64,000 bases of DNA from Eubacteriales bacterium. Lineage in GTDB: Bacteria > Bacillota > Clostridia > Oscillospirales > CAG-272. Position 1 is the stretch's first letter. Each line of letters starts with the position of its first letter. Below are positions 39,516 through 49,206 of the stretch, one piece after another. The position numbers were made by a program, and so were the translations under genes. A model generated the notes under the pieces. The model saw only the letters and a program-made list of their open reading frames with translations, did no database searches and was not told the DNA's origin. Location: positions 4,430-68,429 of the forward strand of contig JAZURO010000032.1 of the NCBI GenBank assembly GCA_045606265.1, written 5' to 3'.

Positions 39516-40405
39516 ATGTTCTCCTCCTTGACCTCAGCATTTGCTTTTTTGCTTTTGTTGCGTTTTGCTTTTTTAGATGATTCGTTAGGCAACAAGAGTT
39601 TAGTAAGTTCTTTTTTCAAAGATTTATAACTGTAATTCTGAGTGATAACACCGTCACAAGCAATTGAGATTTTGCCTGTTTCTTCTGAAACAACAAGAGC
39701 GATCGCATCACTGATCTCAGTAATTCCGATGGCGGCACGGTGTCTTGTTCCAAGAGACTCGTCAATATCCTGCTTGAAAGAAAGCGGTAAAAAGCATCCC
39801 GCTGACAAAATGTTATAGTCTCTCAAAATAACTGCTCCGTCGTGGAGAGGCGCTTTATTATAAAAAATATTCTTTAACAGCTGTCCGGAAAGCTGAGCAT
39901 TAAGCACAGTTCCCGTCTTAATATGTTCACCAAGCTTAGTATCTCTTTCAATAACGATGAGCGCTCCTGTTTTTTCAAGCGATAAATCACACGCAGTTTC
40001 AGCAATAATAGAAATACTGTTAGCAATATGTTCTGCATTCTTAACATCATTTGAGATATGCTTAATATTTGGAATTGAAATCTTACCTATCCTTTCAAGA
40101 ACATCACGCAATTCAGGTTGAAACATAATTACGAGAGCTATCAACCCTACCTGAGTCAGATTTTGGAAAAGGAACATCATCGCTTTCATATCCAAAACGG
40201 TAGTTAATACAGATGCAATCATAATAAATACTAATCCAAGTGCCAATCGTCCTGCACGTCTTTGAACAATGAATTTGATAACCAAAAAGCTAACTACCGC
40301 AAGAATAAATATATCAAAGAAATCAATAACTCTGATTTGTTCTATTCTATGAACTACCTGCTTTTCGATCCATTCCATAAAATTATTCCAAGTTAATTGA
40401 TGCAT
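39512..40405 (-). CDS. cdaA: diadenylate cyclase CdaA
   Basis: Three N-terminal TM helices and a DAC domain (GALIVIERD, PLHDGAVIL, GTRHRAAIGITE, VVSEETG). Confidence 0.9.
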   Translation of the reverse strand: MHQLTWNNFMEWIEKQVVHRIEQIRVIDFFDIFILAVVSFLVIKFIVQRRAGRLALGLVFIMIASVLTTVLDMKAMMFLFQNLTQVGLIALVIMFQPELRDVLERIGKISIPNIKHISNDVKNAEHIANSISIIAETACDLSLEKTGALIVIERDTKLGEHIKTGTVLNAQLSGQLLKNIFYNKAPLHDGAVILRDYNILSAGCFLPLSFKQDIDESLGTRHRAAIGITEISDAIALVVSEETGKISIACDGVITQNYSYKSLKKELTKLLLPNESSKKAKRNKSKKANAEVKEENI

Positions 40406-40523
40406 TTCAGAACCTCCTGACCTAATTTTGCCACATTATATGGAAACAAAAGTATAATTATATATTATTATATCATATATATCGCAAAAATACAAACATT
40501 TTTTGATAAAAAATGAGTTTTTT

Positions 40524-40567
40524 TCAAAAAAAATTTCTCCGCAAAGCCAATAACTTCGCGGAGAAAT
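40524..40567 (-). terminator. intrinsic terminator after yebC
   Basis: atttctccgc/gcggagaaat 10-bp stem with a 15-nt loop, followed on the minus strand by seven U. Confidence 0.65.
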
Positions 40568-40591
40568 TCATTTTTATTAAAATAATCTGTT

Positions 40592-41320
40592 TTAATCGCA
40601 ATTTTCCCAGTTATGATACACATTCATAACGTCGTCGTGATCTTCAAGATTTTCAAGCAAAAGGTTCATATACTTAATATCATCCTCGCTATCAAGTGTT
40701 ACGTAGTTTGATGCAATCTTATCCTTTTCACAAGATTCAATCTCGTATCCGGCAGCCACAAGTGCGTCATTTACCGCATAAAGATCATCCGGCTCGGTAT
40801 AAATTTCAAATACATCTTCTTCACTTGCAAAATCAGAAGCACCTGCTTCGAGAGCAATTTCCATCAAGGCATCCTCGTCGCTAACATTCTCTTTAAGGAT
40901 AATAATTACGCCTTGATCTGTAAATAGATAGCTAACGCATCCGGTTTGTCCAAGGTTACCCTTAAATTTTGAGAAATATGAGCGCACATCACCTGCAGTT
41001 CTGTTTCTATTATCGGTTGATGCCTCAACAATAACCGCAATGCCTGCGGGGCCATAGCCCTCATACACGATCTCCTCGTAGGTAGTATTGGTTTCACCCA
41101 TAGCCTTCTTTATTGTACGTTCAATATTGTCATTGGGAACGTTGTTTGACTTAGCTTTCGCAATAAGATCACGAAGCTTAGCATTAACAGTTGGATCTCC
41201 TCCACCGGCTTTAACAGCAACAGTTATTTCCTTACCGATTTTTGTAAATATTTTCGCTTTCTGAGCATCAGTTTTTTCCTTTTTATGCTTGATATTATTC
41301 CATTTACTGTGTCCTGACAT
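40592..41320 (-). CDS. YebC/PmpR family DNA-binding transcriptional regulator
   Basis: MSGHSKWNNIKHKKEKTDAQKAKIFTK... is the hallmark N-terminus. Confidence 0.95.
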   Translation of the reverse strand: MSGHSKWNNIKHKKEKTDAQKAKIFTKIGKEITVAVKAGGGDPTVNAKLRDLIAKAKSNNVPNDNIERTIKKAMGETNTTYEEIVYEGYGPAGIAVIVEASTDNRNRTAGDVRSYFSKFKGNLGQTGCVSYLFTDQGVIIILKENVSDEDALMEIALEAGASDFASEEDVFEIYTEPDDLYAVNDALVAAGYEIESCEKDKIASNYVTLDSEDDIKYMNLLLENLEDHDDVMNVYHNWENCD

Positions 41321-41351
41321 TTTTTATTACCTCTCTTTTATTAACTCGCTT

Positions 41352-41380
41352 ATTGTATCACTTAATGCTGAAATTGTCAA
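41352..41380 (-). promoter_or_regulatory. sigma-A type promoter (TTGACA-17-TACAAT) for yebC
   Basis: Minus strand: ttgaca 41380-41375, 17-nt spacer, tacaat 41357-41352. Confidence 0.55.
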
Positions 41381-41388
41381 TATGATTC

Positions 41389-43101
41389 TTATATTTTTTC
41401 AGTTTTCTTAAGACAAATCAATTCAAATGCATTACCAAGAACATAGTTTGTTGCCTTAGTTAAAGCAATTCTTGTGGAGAATACATTTGAATCCTCTGCA
41501 GAAAGAATCTGACAATTATGATAGAATCTATTGAATGCAGTAGCCACGTCAAGAATATATCTTGTAACAACTGAGGGTTCATATGCTTCAAGAGCTTCAA
41601 GAACCTTTTCAGGAAAACGTGCGAGAGTTTTTACAAGTTCTCTCTCTTCTTCCGCTGTAAATACAATATTATCTTCAACGGATTTACCCCTGGATTTTTC
41701 AATTAACGAACAAGTTCTTGCATAAGTATATTGAACATAAGGTCCTGTATTTCCATCGAAGGAAAGAGCATCTTCAAGTACAAAGTTGATATCTCTTATT
41801 CTATTGCTGGAAAGATAATAGAAAACAATTGCACCTACACCCACAGCCTCAGCAACCTTATCTTTATTTTCGAGATTAGGATTCTTCTCTTCCATTATCT
41901 CAGAAACCTTCTCAATTGCCTGAGCGAAAAGATCTTTGAGCAAAATTACGTTTCCTGTTCTTGTAGCAAGCTTTGCACCGTTAATACTTACAGTACCGTA
42001 AGGAACGTGAACGAGTTTATCGTACCAATCGTATTGCATAAGCTCAACAACCTTAAACCACTGTGCAAAGTGAAGACTCTGACCTGCACTTGTTACGTAT
42101 ATCGCTTTATCAAAATCATAAGTTTGTTTTCTGTAAACAGCCGCAGCTATATCACGCGTAGGATACAGAGTTGAACCGTCACGCTTCAAAATAAGGCAAG
42201 GAGGCATATTATACTCTTCAAGATCAACTATTGAGGCACCGTCATCAATTTTAAGAAGCCCCATATCACGAAGCTTTTGAACCTGTGCGGGCATTTTATC
42301 CGTATAGAAGCTTTCACCCTTATAGCTGTCAAATTCTATACCAAGCTGTCCGTATGTTTTCTTATACTCAGCAATACTTATTTCAATAAACCATTTCCAA
42401 AGTGATATATTTTCTTCATCACCAAGTTCAAGTTTATGAAACTCTGCTCTTGCTTCATCATTGAGTGCAGGATCTTCTTCTGCCGCCTGGTGGAATCTAA
42501 CATACAATTCCACAAGCTTATCTATACCTCCCGCATTTATGGCATCTCGGTCTCCCCATTTTTTATACGCTACTATCATTTTACCAAACTGAGTTCCCCA
42601 GTCGCCAAGATAATTAATACCAACGCAATTATATCCAACAAACTCGTGAAGCTTTTTAAGAGAGTGTCCGATTACAGTTGTGCCAAGATGTCCAATATGG
42701 AAGGGTTTTGCAACGTTAGGAGACGAATAGTCCAAAACTACTGTTTTACCTTCACCTAAAGACGCAGAACCGTACTTGTCTTCTTGGACAAGAATATCAT
42801 TAATCAATACGTTTGCAAGATATGTATCGTCAATACATATATTCAAATAACCGTTAACTGCATCCGCTTTCTTGATAAAAGCATCACTCAAACGATCCGC
42901 TATTACCTGTGCTATTTGCACCGGTGAGCGACGAAGTGTTTTAGAGAGTTTGAAGCAAGGTAATGCCAAATCTCCCATAGTTGAATCAGGGGGATATTCA
43001 AGCATTTTAGAAATATCATCAACTTCTATTTCCGCACCCTGAAAATTATTCTTAACTACATCATTTATTTTTTCAGAAACTAAATTCTTAAAATTTTGCA
43101 T
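41389..43101 (-). CDS. argS: arginine--tRNA ligase
   Basis: Class I HIGH motif (PFHIGHLG), DALR anticodon-binding C-terminal region; 570 aa. Confidence 0.95.
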   Translation of the reverse strand: MQNFKNLVSEKINDVVKNNFQGAEIEVDDISKMLEYPPDSTMGDLALPCFKLSKTLRRSPVQIAQVIADRLSDAFIKKADAVNGYLNICIDDTYLANVLINDILVQEDKYGSASLGEGKTVVLDYSSPNVAKPFHIGHLGTTVIGHSLKKLHEFVGYNCVGINYLGDWGTQFGKMIVAYKKWGDRDAINAGGIDKLVELYVRFHQAAEEDPALNDEARAEFHKLELGDEENISLWKWFIEISIAEYKKTYGQLGIEFDSYKGESFYTDKMPAQVQKLRDMGLLKIDDGASIVDLEEYNMPPCLILKRDGSTLYPTRDIAAAVYRKQTYDFDKAIYVTSAGQSLHFAQWFKVVELMQYDWYDKLVHVPYGTVSINGAKLATRTGNVILLKDLFAQAIEKVSEIMEEKNPNLENKDKVAEAVGVGAIVFYYLSSNRIRDINFVLEDALSFDGNTGPYVQYTYARTCSLIEKSRGKSVEDNIVFTAEEERELVKTLARFPEKVLEALEAYEPSVVTRYILDVATAFNRFYHNCQILSAEDSNVFSTRIALTKATNYVLGNAFELICLKKTEKI

Positions 43102-43132
43102 ATCTTTGCCTTTCTATATTAATCAAGTAATG

Positions 43133-43597
43133 TCAATCCAATTTTGCTTCAATCATCATAGTTTTAATTTTGGTGCTGATCGTTTGCGCTATTTCAGGGC
43201 TGGTTGAAACAACAAATATAGTATCATCACCCGCAACGCAACCTAAAATATCATCCGATTTGATGTTATCAATTCCGGTTGCGACTGCTTGTGCCATACC
43301 TGCATGAGTCTTGATAACTATTATATTCATAGCACAATTAACTGAAATAATAAGATGTGTCAATGAATTGTTTAATTTATTGATATCATTCATTCTGACC
43401 GAGTGTGGGAATACGTAATAATATCCGTTGACTCCATCAGAAATCTTTGTCAATTTCAACTCTTTTATGTCTCTTGACATTGTTGCCTGAGTAGCGGTAA
43501 AGCCGTTTTCTTTAAGCTTTTTAATAAGTTCGTCCTGAGTATCGATTCTATTATTCTCAATTATCTGTCTTATTTTTGCTTGACGTTCTTTCTTCAT
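43133..43597 (-). CDS. argR: arginine repressor
   Basis: MKKERQAKIRQII...TQATMSRDIKEL winged helix and C-terminal GCVAGDDTIFV. AAGGAG lies 7 nt before the ATG at 43597. Confidence 0.9.
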   Translation of the reverse strand: MKKERQAKIRQIIENNRIDTQDELIKKLKENGFTATQATMSRDIKELKLTKISDGVNGYYYVFPHSVRMNDINKLNNSLTHLIISVNCAMNIIVIKTHAGMAQAVATGIDNIKSDDILGCVAGDDTIFVVSTSPEIAQTISTKIKTMMIEAKLD

Positions 43598-43614
43598 ATT
43601 CCTTCTCCTTATCA

Positions 43615-44490
43615 TCAATAGTTATTCTTCATTTTTTGACTCAAAATACTGTAGAATGAGCAATCCTTTAATCTTACGAGCTTTACAGTAAGCTCAGATT
43701 TTGAAATTCTAACCTCATCATCTTTGTACAGCTCGCAATTTGATTTACCGTCGAGAGTCAACATAAGCAGTTTTTCTCTGACCGAAATATTCTTAATCTT
43801 TAATGGTGTTTCATCAGAAAAAATCAACTGACGGGCTATAAAAGAATGGGGACATATCGGGGTAACAAGCATACAATGGACCTTAGGATCAGCTATTGAT
43901 CCGCCTGCGCTCATAGCATATGCAGTAGATCCCGTTGGAGTGGACACAATTAATCCATCGGCTCTATATGAGGTAACTAAATTATCCTCAGCATACAATT
44001 CAAGATTAATGATTTTTGAAACGGAGCCATTGGAAATCACTGCATCATTTAGAGCACAGGATTGATATTTTAAGTTGCCGTTTTTATCAAAAACCTCAAT
44101 ATTCATCATAGCTCTTTCATCTAAGGAATAATCTCCTTCAATAATTTTATCAAGTGCAGACAATTCATCCATTTCAAGTTCAGCCATATATCCAAGGTGA
44201 CCTAAGTTTATTCCCAATATAGGTTTTCCACGTCTTGCCATCTTTTTGGCGCAATCAAGAATAGTACCGTCACCACCAAGAGCAATCACAAGATCTGCTT
44301 CATCGTATAGCTTTTCTATCGGTAAAAAATATACATTTCCACGATAGTTCTTCATTGATAAAACTCTTTCCTTGCTATATTGAGAAACAAGAATCTTGCA
44401 ACCGAACTTCAAAAGATAATTAGTAACCTTCAAAGCAGCGGTAGCTTTTTCGTAAATATTAAAATTCGTTACAATAGCTATTTTTTTCAT
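43615..44490 (-). CDS. nadK: NAD kinase
   Basis: GGDGT motif, NDAVI and STPTGSTAYAMSAGG. The ATG at 44490 (MKKIAIV) has GGAAGGA upstream. Confidence 0.9.
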   Translation of the reverse strand: MKKIAIVTNFNIYEKATAALKVTNYLLKFGCKILVSQYSKERVLSMKNYRGNVYFLPIEKLYDEADLVIALGGDGTILDCAKKMARRGKPILGINLGHLGYMAELEMDELSALDKIIEGDYSLDERAMMNIEVFDKNGNLKYQSCALNDAVISNGSVSKIINLELYAEDNLVTSYRADGLIVSTPTGSTAYAMSAGGSIADPKVHCMLVTPICPHSFIARQLIFSDETPLKIKNISVREKLLMLTLDGKSNCELYKDDEVRISKSELTVKLVRLKDCSFYSILSQKMKNNY

Positions 44491-44556
44491 GTTGATTCCT
44501 TCCAACTTCTGCACAACGCGGGACATACTGGTTACGTTAGTTGCAGAATAAGTAAT

Positions 44557-45336
44557 TTATTTTATTATTTGTTTAATTTTATCATCAGTAATTTTGTTCT
44601 CCGGGATATCTGTTTTTTTGAAACACACTAAAAACTCTGCGTTTCCGCTTCCGCCTTCAATAGGAGAGCGAACTATATCAACACAAGAAAAACCACTAAA
44701 CAAAGCACTGTCAATGACTTTATTAATTGCCTGATTATGATAATTCGTTTTTTTTACTACTCCTTGTGAATTCAATGCTGACTTTCCACATTCAAACTGC
44801 GGCTTGATTAATGATATGAAAATACCGCCATTCACGAGAACGGAATAAATTCCTTTATGAATCATTGTTTGAGAAATAAATGAAACATCCATAACCGCTA
44901 TATCAAATCTACAAGGAAAATCATCTTCCTGCATATACTTTGCATTGTATTTTTCGATAGAGATGACTTTACTGTCAGATTCTATAGAAGGATCAAGCTG
45001 ACCGTGACCCGAGTCAACAGCATAGACAAGACTTGCCCCATGTTGAAGCAAGCAATCGGTAAATCCACCTGTTGATGCACCTATATCAATACAGCAAAGA
45101 TTTTTTACGTCAATATTAAACTTTTCAAGTGCAAAATCCAATTTTTCTCCACCACGACTGACAAATCGAGGTTTATTGAGAACTTCCACACTGTGAGGCA
45201 ATAATTCATCAATATCATAAGATGGCTTGGTTATTACTTTACCATCTATCAAAACATTACCGTTCTCAATCAATATCTTGGCATTTTGCCTGCTTTTAGC
45301 ATTGCCGGAGCTAAACACATATAAATCTGCTCTCAT
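44557..45336 (-). CDS. tlyA: TlyA family rRNA (cytidine-2'-O)-methyltransferase
   Basis: N-terminal S4 domain, VSRGGEKL, DIGASTGGFTD SAM motif. Confidence 0.9.
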   Translation of the reverse strand: MRADLYVFSSGNAKSRQNAKILIENGNVLIDGKVITKPSYDIDELLPHSVEVLNKPRFVSRGGEKLDFALEKFNIDVKNLCCIDIGASTGGFTDCLLQHGASLVYAVDSGHGQLDPSIESDSKVISIEKYNAKYMQEDDFPCRFDIAVMDVSFISQTMIHKGIYSVLVNGGIFISLIKPQFECGKSALNSQGVVKKTNYHNQAINKVIDSALFSGFSCVDIVRSPIEGGSGNAEFLVCFKKTDIPENKITDDKIKQIIK

Positions 45337-45337
45337 A

Positions 45338-46189
45338 TTAATACTCTCTTACGGTAAGATAATGTGCCAGCTCAGCAAAAGTACCATCATCATATTTACT
45401 TATTGCATCAATACCGCTTTGAGTAAGATTTTGGGCATATACCTTAGCTTCATCAAGCGACATAAATGATAAAAAGGAATTCAATTCTTTCTTTCCTTCC
45501 TGATAGTCAAGAATATCATCTATAATTTGAAATGCTAATCCAATATCCTCTGCGAATTTCACAGAAGCTATATACCTTTCGTCATTTGCAGAAACGCCTG
45601 CCGAAATACAACCGAGCTTAGCCGACGCAGAAATAAGTCTTCCTGTTTTTAACTTGTGAAGGCGCACAAGTGTTTCAAATTCAAGTTTATTCTTACCTGT
45701 AACGGTATCTATAGCCTGCCCTGCAAGCATTCCCTGGTTTCCTGTGCTTTCGGCAAGAATCGCTACCGCATTGGCATTAATTGCAGCGTCAAGATTCGGA
45801 TTGTTTATAGCAACCTCAAAAGCATTTACCAACATAGCATCTCCGGAAATTAAAGCAAGTGTTTCTCCAAACGCCTTGTGCGTCGATGGCTTTCCACGAC
45901 GAAAATCGTCATCATCCATACAAGGCATATCATCATGTATTAATGAAGATGCGTGAATCATCTCAATAGCACAAGCATACGGCATGGCTTTTTCAACAGT
46001 CCCGCCAAAAAGTCGGCAAAACTCAAGAACAAGAAATGCGCGTATTCTTTTCCCTCCGCTAAGCAATCCGTATCTTTGTGCCTCAATTAATAAAGCGAAA
46101 TCATTATCCGAATAGTTATAATACTTCGCAAGAGACGATTCCAAAAGAATAGAATTTCTAGATAGTTTTTCTTTAATATTTTCAAACAT
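45338..46189 (-). CDS. ispA: polyprenyl (farnesyl/geranylgeranyl) diphosphate synthase
   Basis: First DDxxD-type motif LIHDDMPCMDDDDFRRG and second motif IIDDILD. Confidence 0.9.
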   Translation of the reverse strand: MFENIKEKLSRNSILLESSLAKYYNYSDNDFALLIEAQRYGLLSGGKRIRAFLVLEFCRLFGGTVEKAMPYACAIEMIHASSLIHDDMPCMDDDDFRRGKPSTHKAFGETLALISGDAMLVNAFEVAINNPNLDAAINANAVAILAESTGNQGMLAGQAIDTVTGKNKLEFETLVRLHKLKTGRLISASAKLGCISAGVSANDERYIASVKFAEDIGLAFQIIDDILDYQEGKKELNSFLSFMSLDEAKVYAQNLTQSGIDAISKYDDGTFAELAHYLTVREY

Positions 46190-46425
46190 TATTCTTCCTC
46201 AAAAAAGTCCTTCTCGATTATCTGACCCTGGGAATCTGTACCAAGCATTTTTATTCTCTTCTCGGCATTATCCAAGGCATCATTACAAAATCTAACAAGC
46301 AAAACTCCCTCTTCATATAATTTGAGAGATTCGTCGAGAGAGGATTTTCCCTGTTCCAATATTTTGACGATTTCTTCAAGTCGTGCAGATGCACTTTCAA
46401 AAGTCATAACTTCTTTTTTAGGCAT
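46189..46425 (-). CDS. xseB: exodeoxyribonuclease VII small subunit
   Basis: MPKKEVMTFESASARLEEIVKILE... GGAGG lies upstream of the ATG at 46425; 8-nt overlap with the xseA end. The ORF-track start at 46497 lies inside xseA. Confidence 0.85.
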   Translation of the reverse strand: MPKKEVMTFESASARLEEIVKILEQGKSSLDESLKLYEEGVLLVRFCNDALDNAEKRIKMLGTDSQGQIIEKDFFEEE

Positions 46426-47653
46426 TTCTATGTCCTCCCGATTTATTGATTTCACTAACAACAGCTTTTGCAGTACCATCCGCAACAGATATATCAATTA
46501 CTGCACCTTGTTGGAACTTATCTACAGAGTTAACAATTTCTCCTCGGTCATTCTGAATAATAGCATATCCTCTACCAAGTGTATTAAGTGGGCTTATTGC
46601 CTGCATTTTGGCACAAGATACACTCAGCAGATGGCTTTTATCCTTCATAATACTTTTCATTTGAATATCAAGCTTGTCAGACAAGATACCAATTCTCATT
46701 TTATATGCATCTAAAAGTTCTTCTTTGGAAATTAGAACTCTTGACGATGATATAGAAGCAATATTATTTCTGTACTGCTGAATTTTCAAAACAAGCTTGC
46801 TTTCAATATCTCTTATTAATTTGTTAATGTCATTTTTAACCAAAAGAGCATTAGGAACTGCCAATTCGGCAGCTGCAGACGGTGTTGGGGCACGAAGATC
46901 TGCCACAAAATCACAAATAGTAAAATCGCTCTCGTGACCGACCGCTGATATAACGGGTATTTCCGATTTTGAGATGGCGTATGCAAGATCTACGTTATTG
47001 AAAGCCCACAAATCCTCCATTGAGCCTCCGCCTCGTCCAATAATAATCACATCAGCCGATTTGGTTTGATTAAAATACTCAATTCCTGCAATCAAAGTTT
47101 TATATGCCGTATCACCTTGGACAAGTGCAGGATACAATAAAAGCTTAGTCAAAGGAAATCTTCTTCCCATAACGTTTATCATATCATGTATAGCAGCTCC
47201 CGTCGGAGAGGTGACTATTCCAACCGTCATCGGTAGTTTAGGGATTGACTTCTTTCTTGATGCATCAAAAAGTCCCTCTTTTGCCAATTTCTCTTTTATT
47301 TGTTCATATGCAATATAAAGCGCGCCTATTCCGTCGGGCTGAATATCCTCAGCATAAAGCTGATATTGACCAGAAGGTGCATATACGGAAACTCTGCCAT
47401 ACACTATGACACTCATTCCCTCTTTAAGAGCAAATTTTACTCTTTGCGCACTTGAACGAAACATAACGGATTTTAACACGCTTGTTTCATCTTTAAGGGT
47501 AAAATATATATGTCCCGATCTATGAATAGTAAGATTTGATATCTCTCCTCTGACCATAATCATAGATAAGACTTCATCCTGGGATATCAAAGCACGGATA
47601 TATTCATTTATCTGAGTAACACTTAAAATCATCTTTGAATTATCCAAGCTCAT
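46418..47653 (-). CDS. xseA: exodeoxyribonuclease VII large subunit
   Basis: OB-fold N-terminus (VRGEISN...SGHIYFTLKD) and catalytic region (IIGRGGGSMEDLWAFN, ISAVGHE). Confidence 0.95.
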   Translation of the reverse strand: MSLDNSKMILSVTQINEYIRALISQDEVLSMIMVRGEISNLTIHRSGHIYFTLKDETSVLKSVMFRSSAQRVKFALKEGMSVIVYGRVSVYAPSGQYQLYAEDIQPDGIGALYIAYEQIKEKLAKEGLFDASRKKSIPKLPMTVGIVTSPTGAAIHDMINVMGRRFPLTKLLLYPALVQGDTAYKTLIAGIEYFNQTKSADVIIIGRGGGSMEDLWAFNNVDLAYAISKSEIPVISAVGHESDFTICDFVADLRAPTPSAAAELAVPNALLVKNDINKLIRDIESKLVLKIQQYRNNIASISSSRVLISKEELLDAYKMRIGILSDKLDIQMKSIMKDKSHLLSVSCAKMQAISPLNTLGRGYAIIQNDRGEIVNSVDKFQQGAVIDISVADGTAKAVVSEINKSGGHRNA

Positions 47654-47660
47654 ATCCTCC

Positions 47661-48623
47661 TTATTCTCTGTGTAATTTATACGTCAAATATGCTATTCCT
47701 GCAGCATTATCGGCTGAAAACTCCGGTGTTGCAAAATACGTGTCCGAAAACCTTGAAAGTTTATTTTGCAAATACTTGTTGCTCATCACTCCTCCGGCAT
47801 ATAAAATTGGAATATTCTGATAATTTTCTCTTATATCCTTTGTCAATTTGAATAATGTTTCTCCCACAAAATTCAAAACGTAAGCAGATACAAAAGATGC
47901 ATCAGATGTTTCTTTATACAGCTTTTGAGCTATATTCTCAAGTCCGGAAAGATTACATTTACCGTTATTTACGCATATCTTGGCTTTGGGCAATTTTCCA
48001 ATGTATTGTGAAGCAAGTTGCTCCATTTGCTTTCCGCAAGGAAAACTAAGCCCCATCATAACCCCTGCTCTGTCAATAGCTTGACCAGCGCTTATGTCAG
48101 CAGTTTCACTTATTATACGGACATCAAAACAATTATTGCGTGGAGTTACGTACAATGCCTCAGTCGTACCACCTGAAATGTGAAAGGCGACGAAATCATT
48201 ATGCAATAAAGCATCTGCGCTTCCTGAGGAATAAAGAGCAGCCATAATATGTCCCGATTGATGAGAAAAACCATAAACAGGTATACAGTGCGTAGCACCC
48301 ATAACATCTGCAACAGTTTTGCCCGCCAAAAAGCAAGGCATATATGAACCCTCAACATCCCTTGGTACCGTAGATACACCAATCGCCTTGATTTCACAGT
48401 TTTTAACAACTTCATTGAGCTGCGGTGCCAGTAATGAAAGGTTCTTTATATGAGCAAACACAGCATCACTTTGACGCAGACCACGCTCTCCCTCTTTAAC
48501 ATTCAGTAGCTTTTTGATATTGGCGATTATTTCGCCATTTTCGTTGCAAACACCGATTGAGGTTGTATAATTGCTTGTATCGAATCCGATATATACACTC
48601 TCTTTATTCATTTTCGGATTCAA
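47661..48623 (-). CDS. Kae1/TsaD-like (peptidase M22/ASKHA fold) paralogue
   Basis: GFDTSNYTTS N-terminus (compare GIETSCDET in TsaD), HQSGHIMAA (HxxxH metal motif) and YAGGVMSN near the C-terminus; 320 aa. Confidence 0.65.
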   Translation of the reverse strand: MNPKMNKESVYIGFDTSNYTTSIGVCNENGEIIANIKKLLNVKEGERGLRQSDAVFAHIKNLSLLAPQLNEVVKNCEIKAIGVSTVPRDVEGSYMPCFLAGKTVADVMGATHCIPVYGFSHQSGHIMAALYSSGSADALLHNDFVAFHISGGTTEALYVTPRNNCFDVRIISETADISAGQAIDRAGVMMGLSFPCGKQMEQLASQYIGKLPKAKICVNNGKCNLSGLENIAQKLYKETSDASFVSAYVLNFVGETLFKLTKDIRENYQNIPILYAGGVMSNKYLQNKLSRFSDTYFATPEFSADNAAGIAYLTYKLHRE

Positions 48624-49020
48624 TAATATCTTTTATTTTGTTAAGGACTCCGTTTGTAAACGCACGTGACTTTGGATCATCAAACTTTTTAACAAGCTCC
48701 AATGCTTCGTTTATAGAAACAGTATTGGGAATATCTTTACAATATATCATTTCATAAACACACAGGCGAACAGCTGAACGTGTTGCGTTTGAAAGTCTTG
48801 AAACCTTCCAGCCGTTAGATGCATCAGAGATTAATTCATCAATCTCGTTTTGATGTTCAACAACCCCAAAGAAAGTATCTTTGATATATTTTTCCTTTAT
48901 TGCGTCTATATCGCGATTTTCTGTTGAAAGTGCAAAAATTGCTTCTGCGCTTTCTTCAAGACGAAACTCTCTCTCAAAAAGCAATTCAAAAGTTGCCTCT
49001 CTTTGTTCTTTTCTTGTCAT
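48604..49020 (-). CDS. nusB: transcription antitermination factor NusB
   Basis: MTRKEQREATFELLF... The ATG at 49020 follows GAAGGA and lies downstream of the predicted promoter, whereas the ORF-track ATG at 49071 lies upstream of the predicted transcription start. Confidence 0.9.
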   Translation of the reverse strand: MTRKEQREATFELLFEREFRLEESAEAIFALSTENRDIDAIKEKYIKDTFFGVVEHQNEIDELISDASNGWKVSRLSNATRSAVRLCVYEMIYCKDIPNTVSINEALELVKKFDDPKSRAFTNGVLNKIKDIIESENE

Positions 49021-49059
49021 ATTCTGAATTCCTTCTAAAATGTAATTATTAACTTTATT

Positions 49060-49088
49060 ATTATAATACAAACATTCAGAAAAGTCAA
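49060..49088 (-). promoter_or_regulatory. sigma-A type promoter (TTGACT-17-TATAAT) for the nusB operon
   Basis: Minus strand: ttgact 49088-49083, 17-nt spacer, tataat 49065-49060. Confidence 0.6.
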
Positions 49089-49089
49089 T

Positions 49090-49126
49090 AAAAATGAATA
49101 TTTTTATTCAAAAAAATGAATATTTT
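49090..49126. repeat. 15-bp perfect direct repeat (two copies, 22-bp period) just upstream of the nusB -35
   Basis: aaaaatgaatatttt at 49090-49104 and again at 49112-49126. Confidence 0.8.
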
Positions 49127-49167
49127 GTTGCAAAACAAGTATTTATTCGTTTTGATGATATAAAAAC

Positions 49168-49199
49168 AAAAAAGTAGAGAAAAAATTCTCTACTTTTTT
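49168..49199. terminator. bidirectional-type intrinsic terminator after the SDR gene
   Basis: agtagagaa-aaaa-ttctctact flanked by A-run and T-run. Confidence 0.7.
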
Positions 49200-49206
49200 A
49201 GATTTA

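Noticed and set aside
43102-43132. T-box or other leader upstream of argS
   Set aside because: Only 31 nt separate argS from the argR stop, which is too short for any known leader. argS appears co-transcribed with argR.
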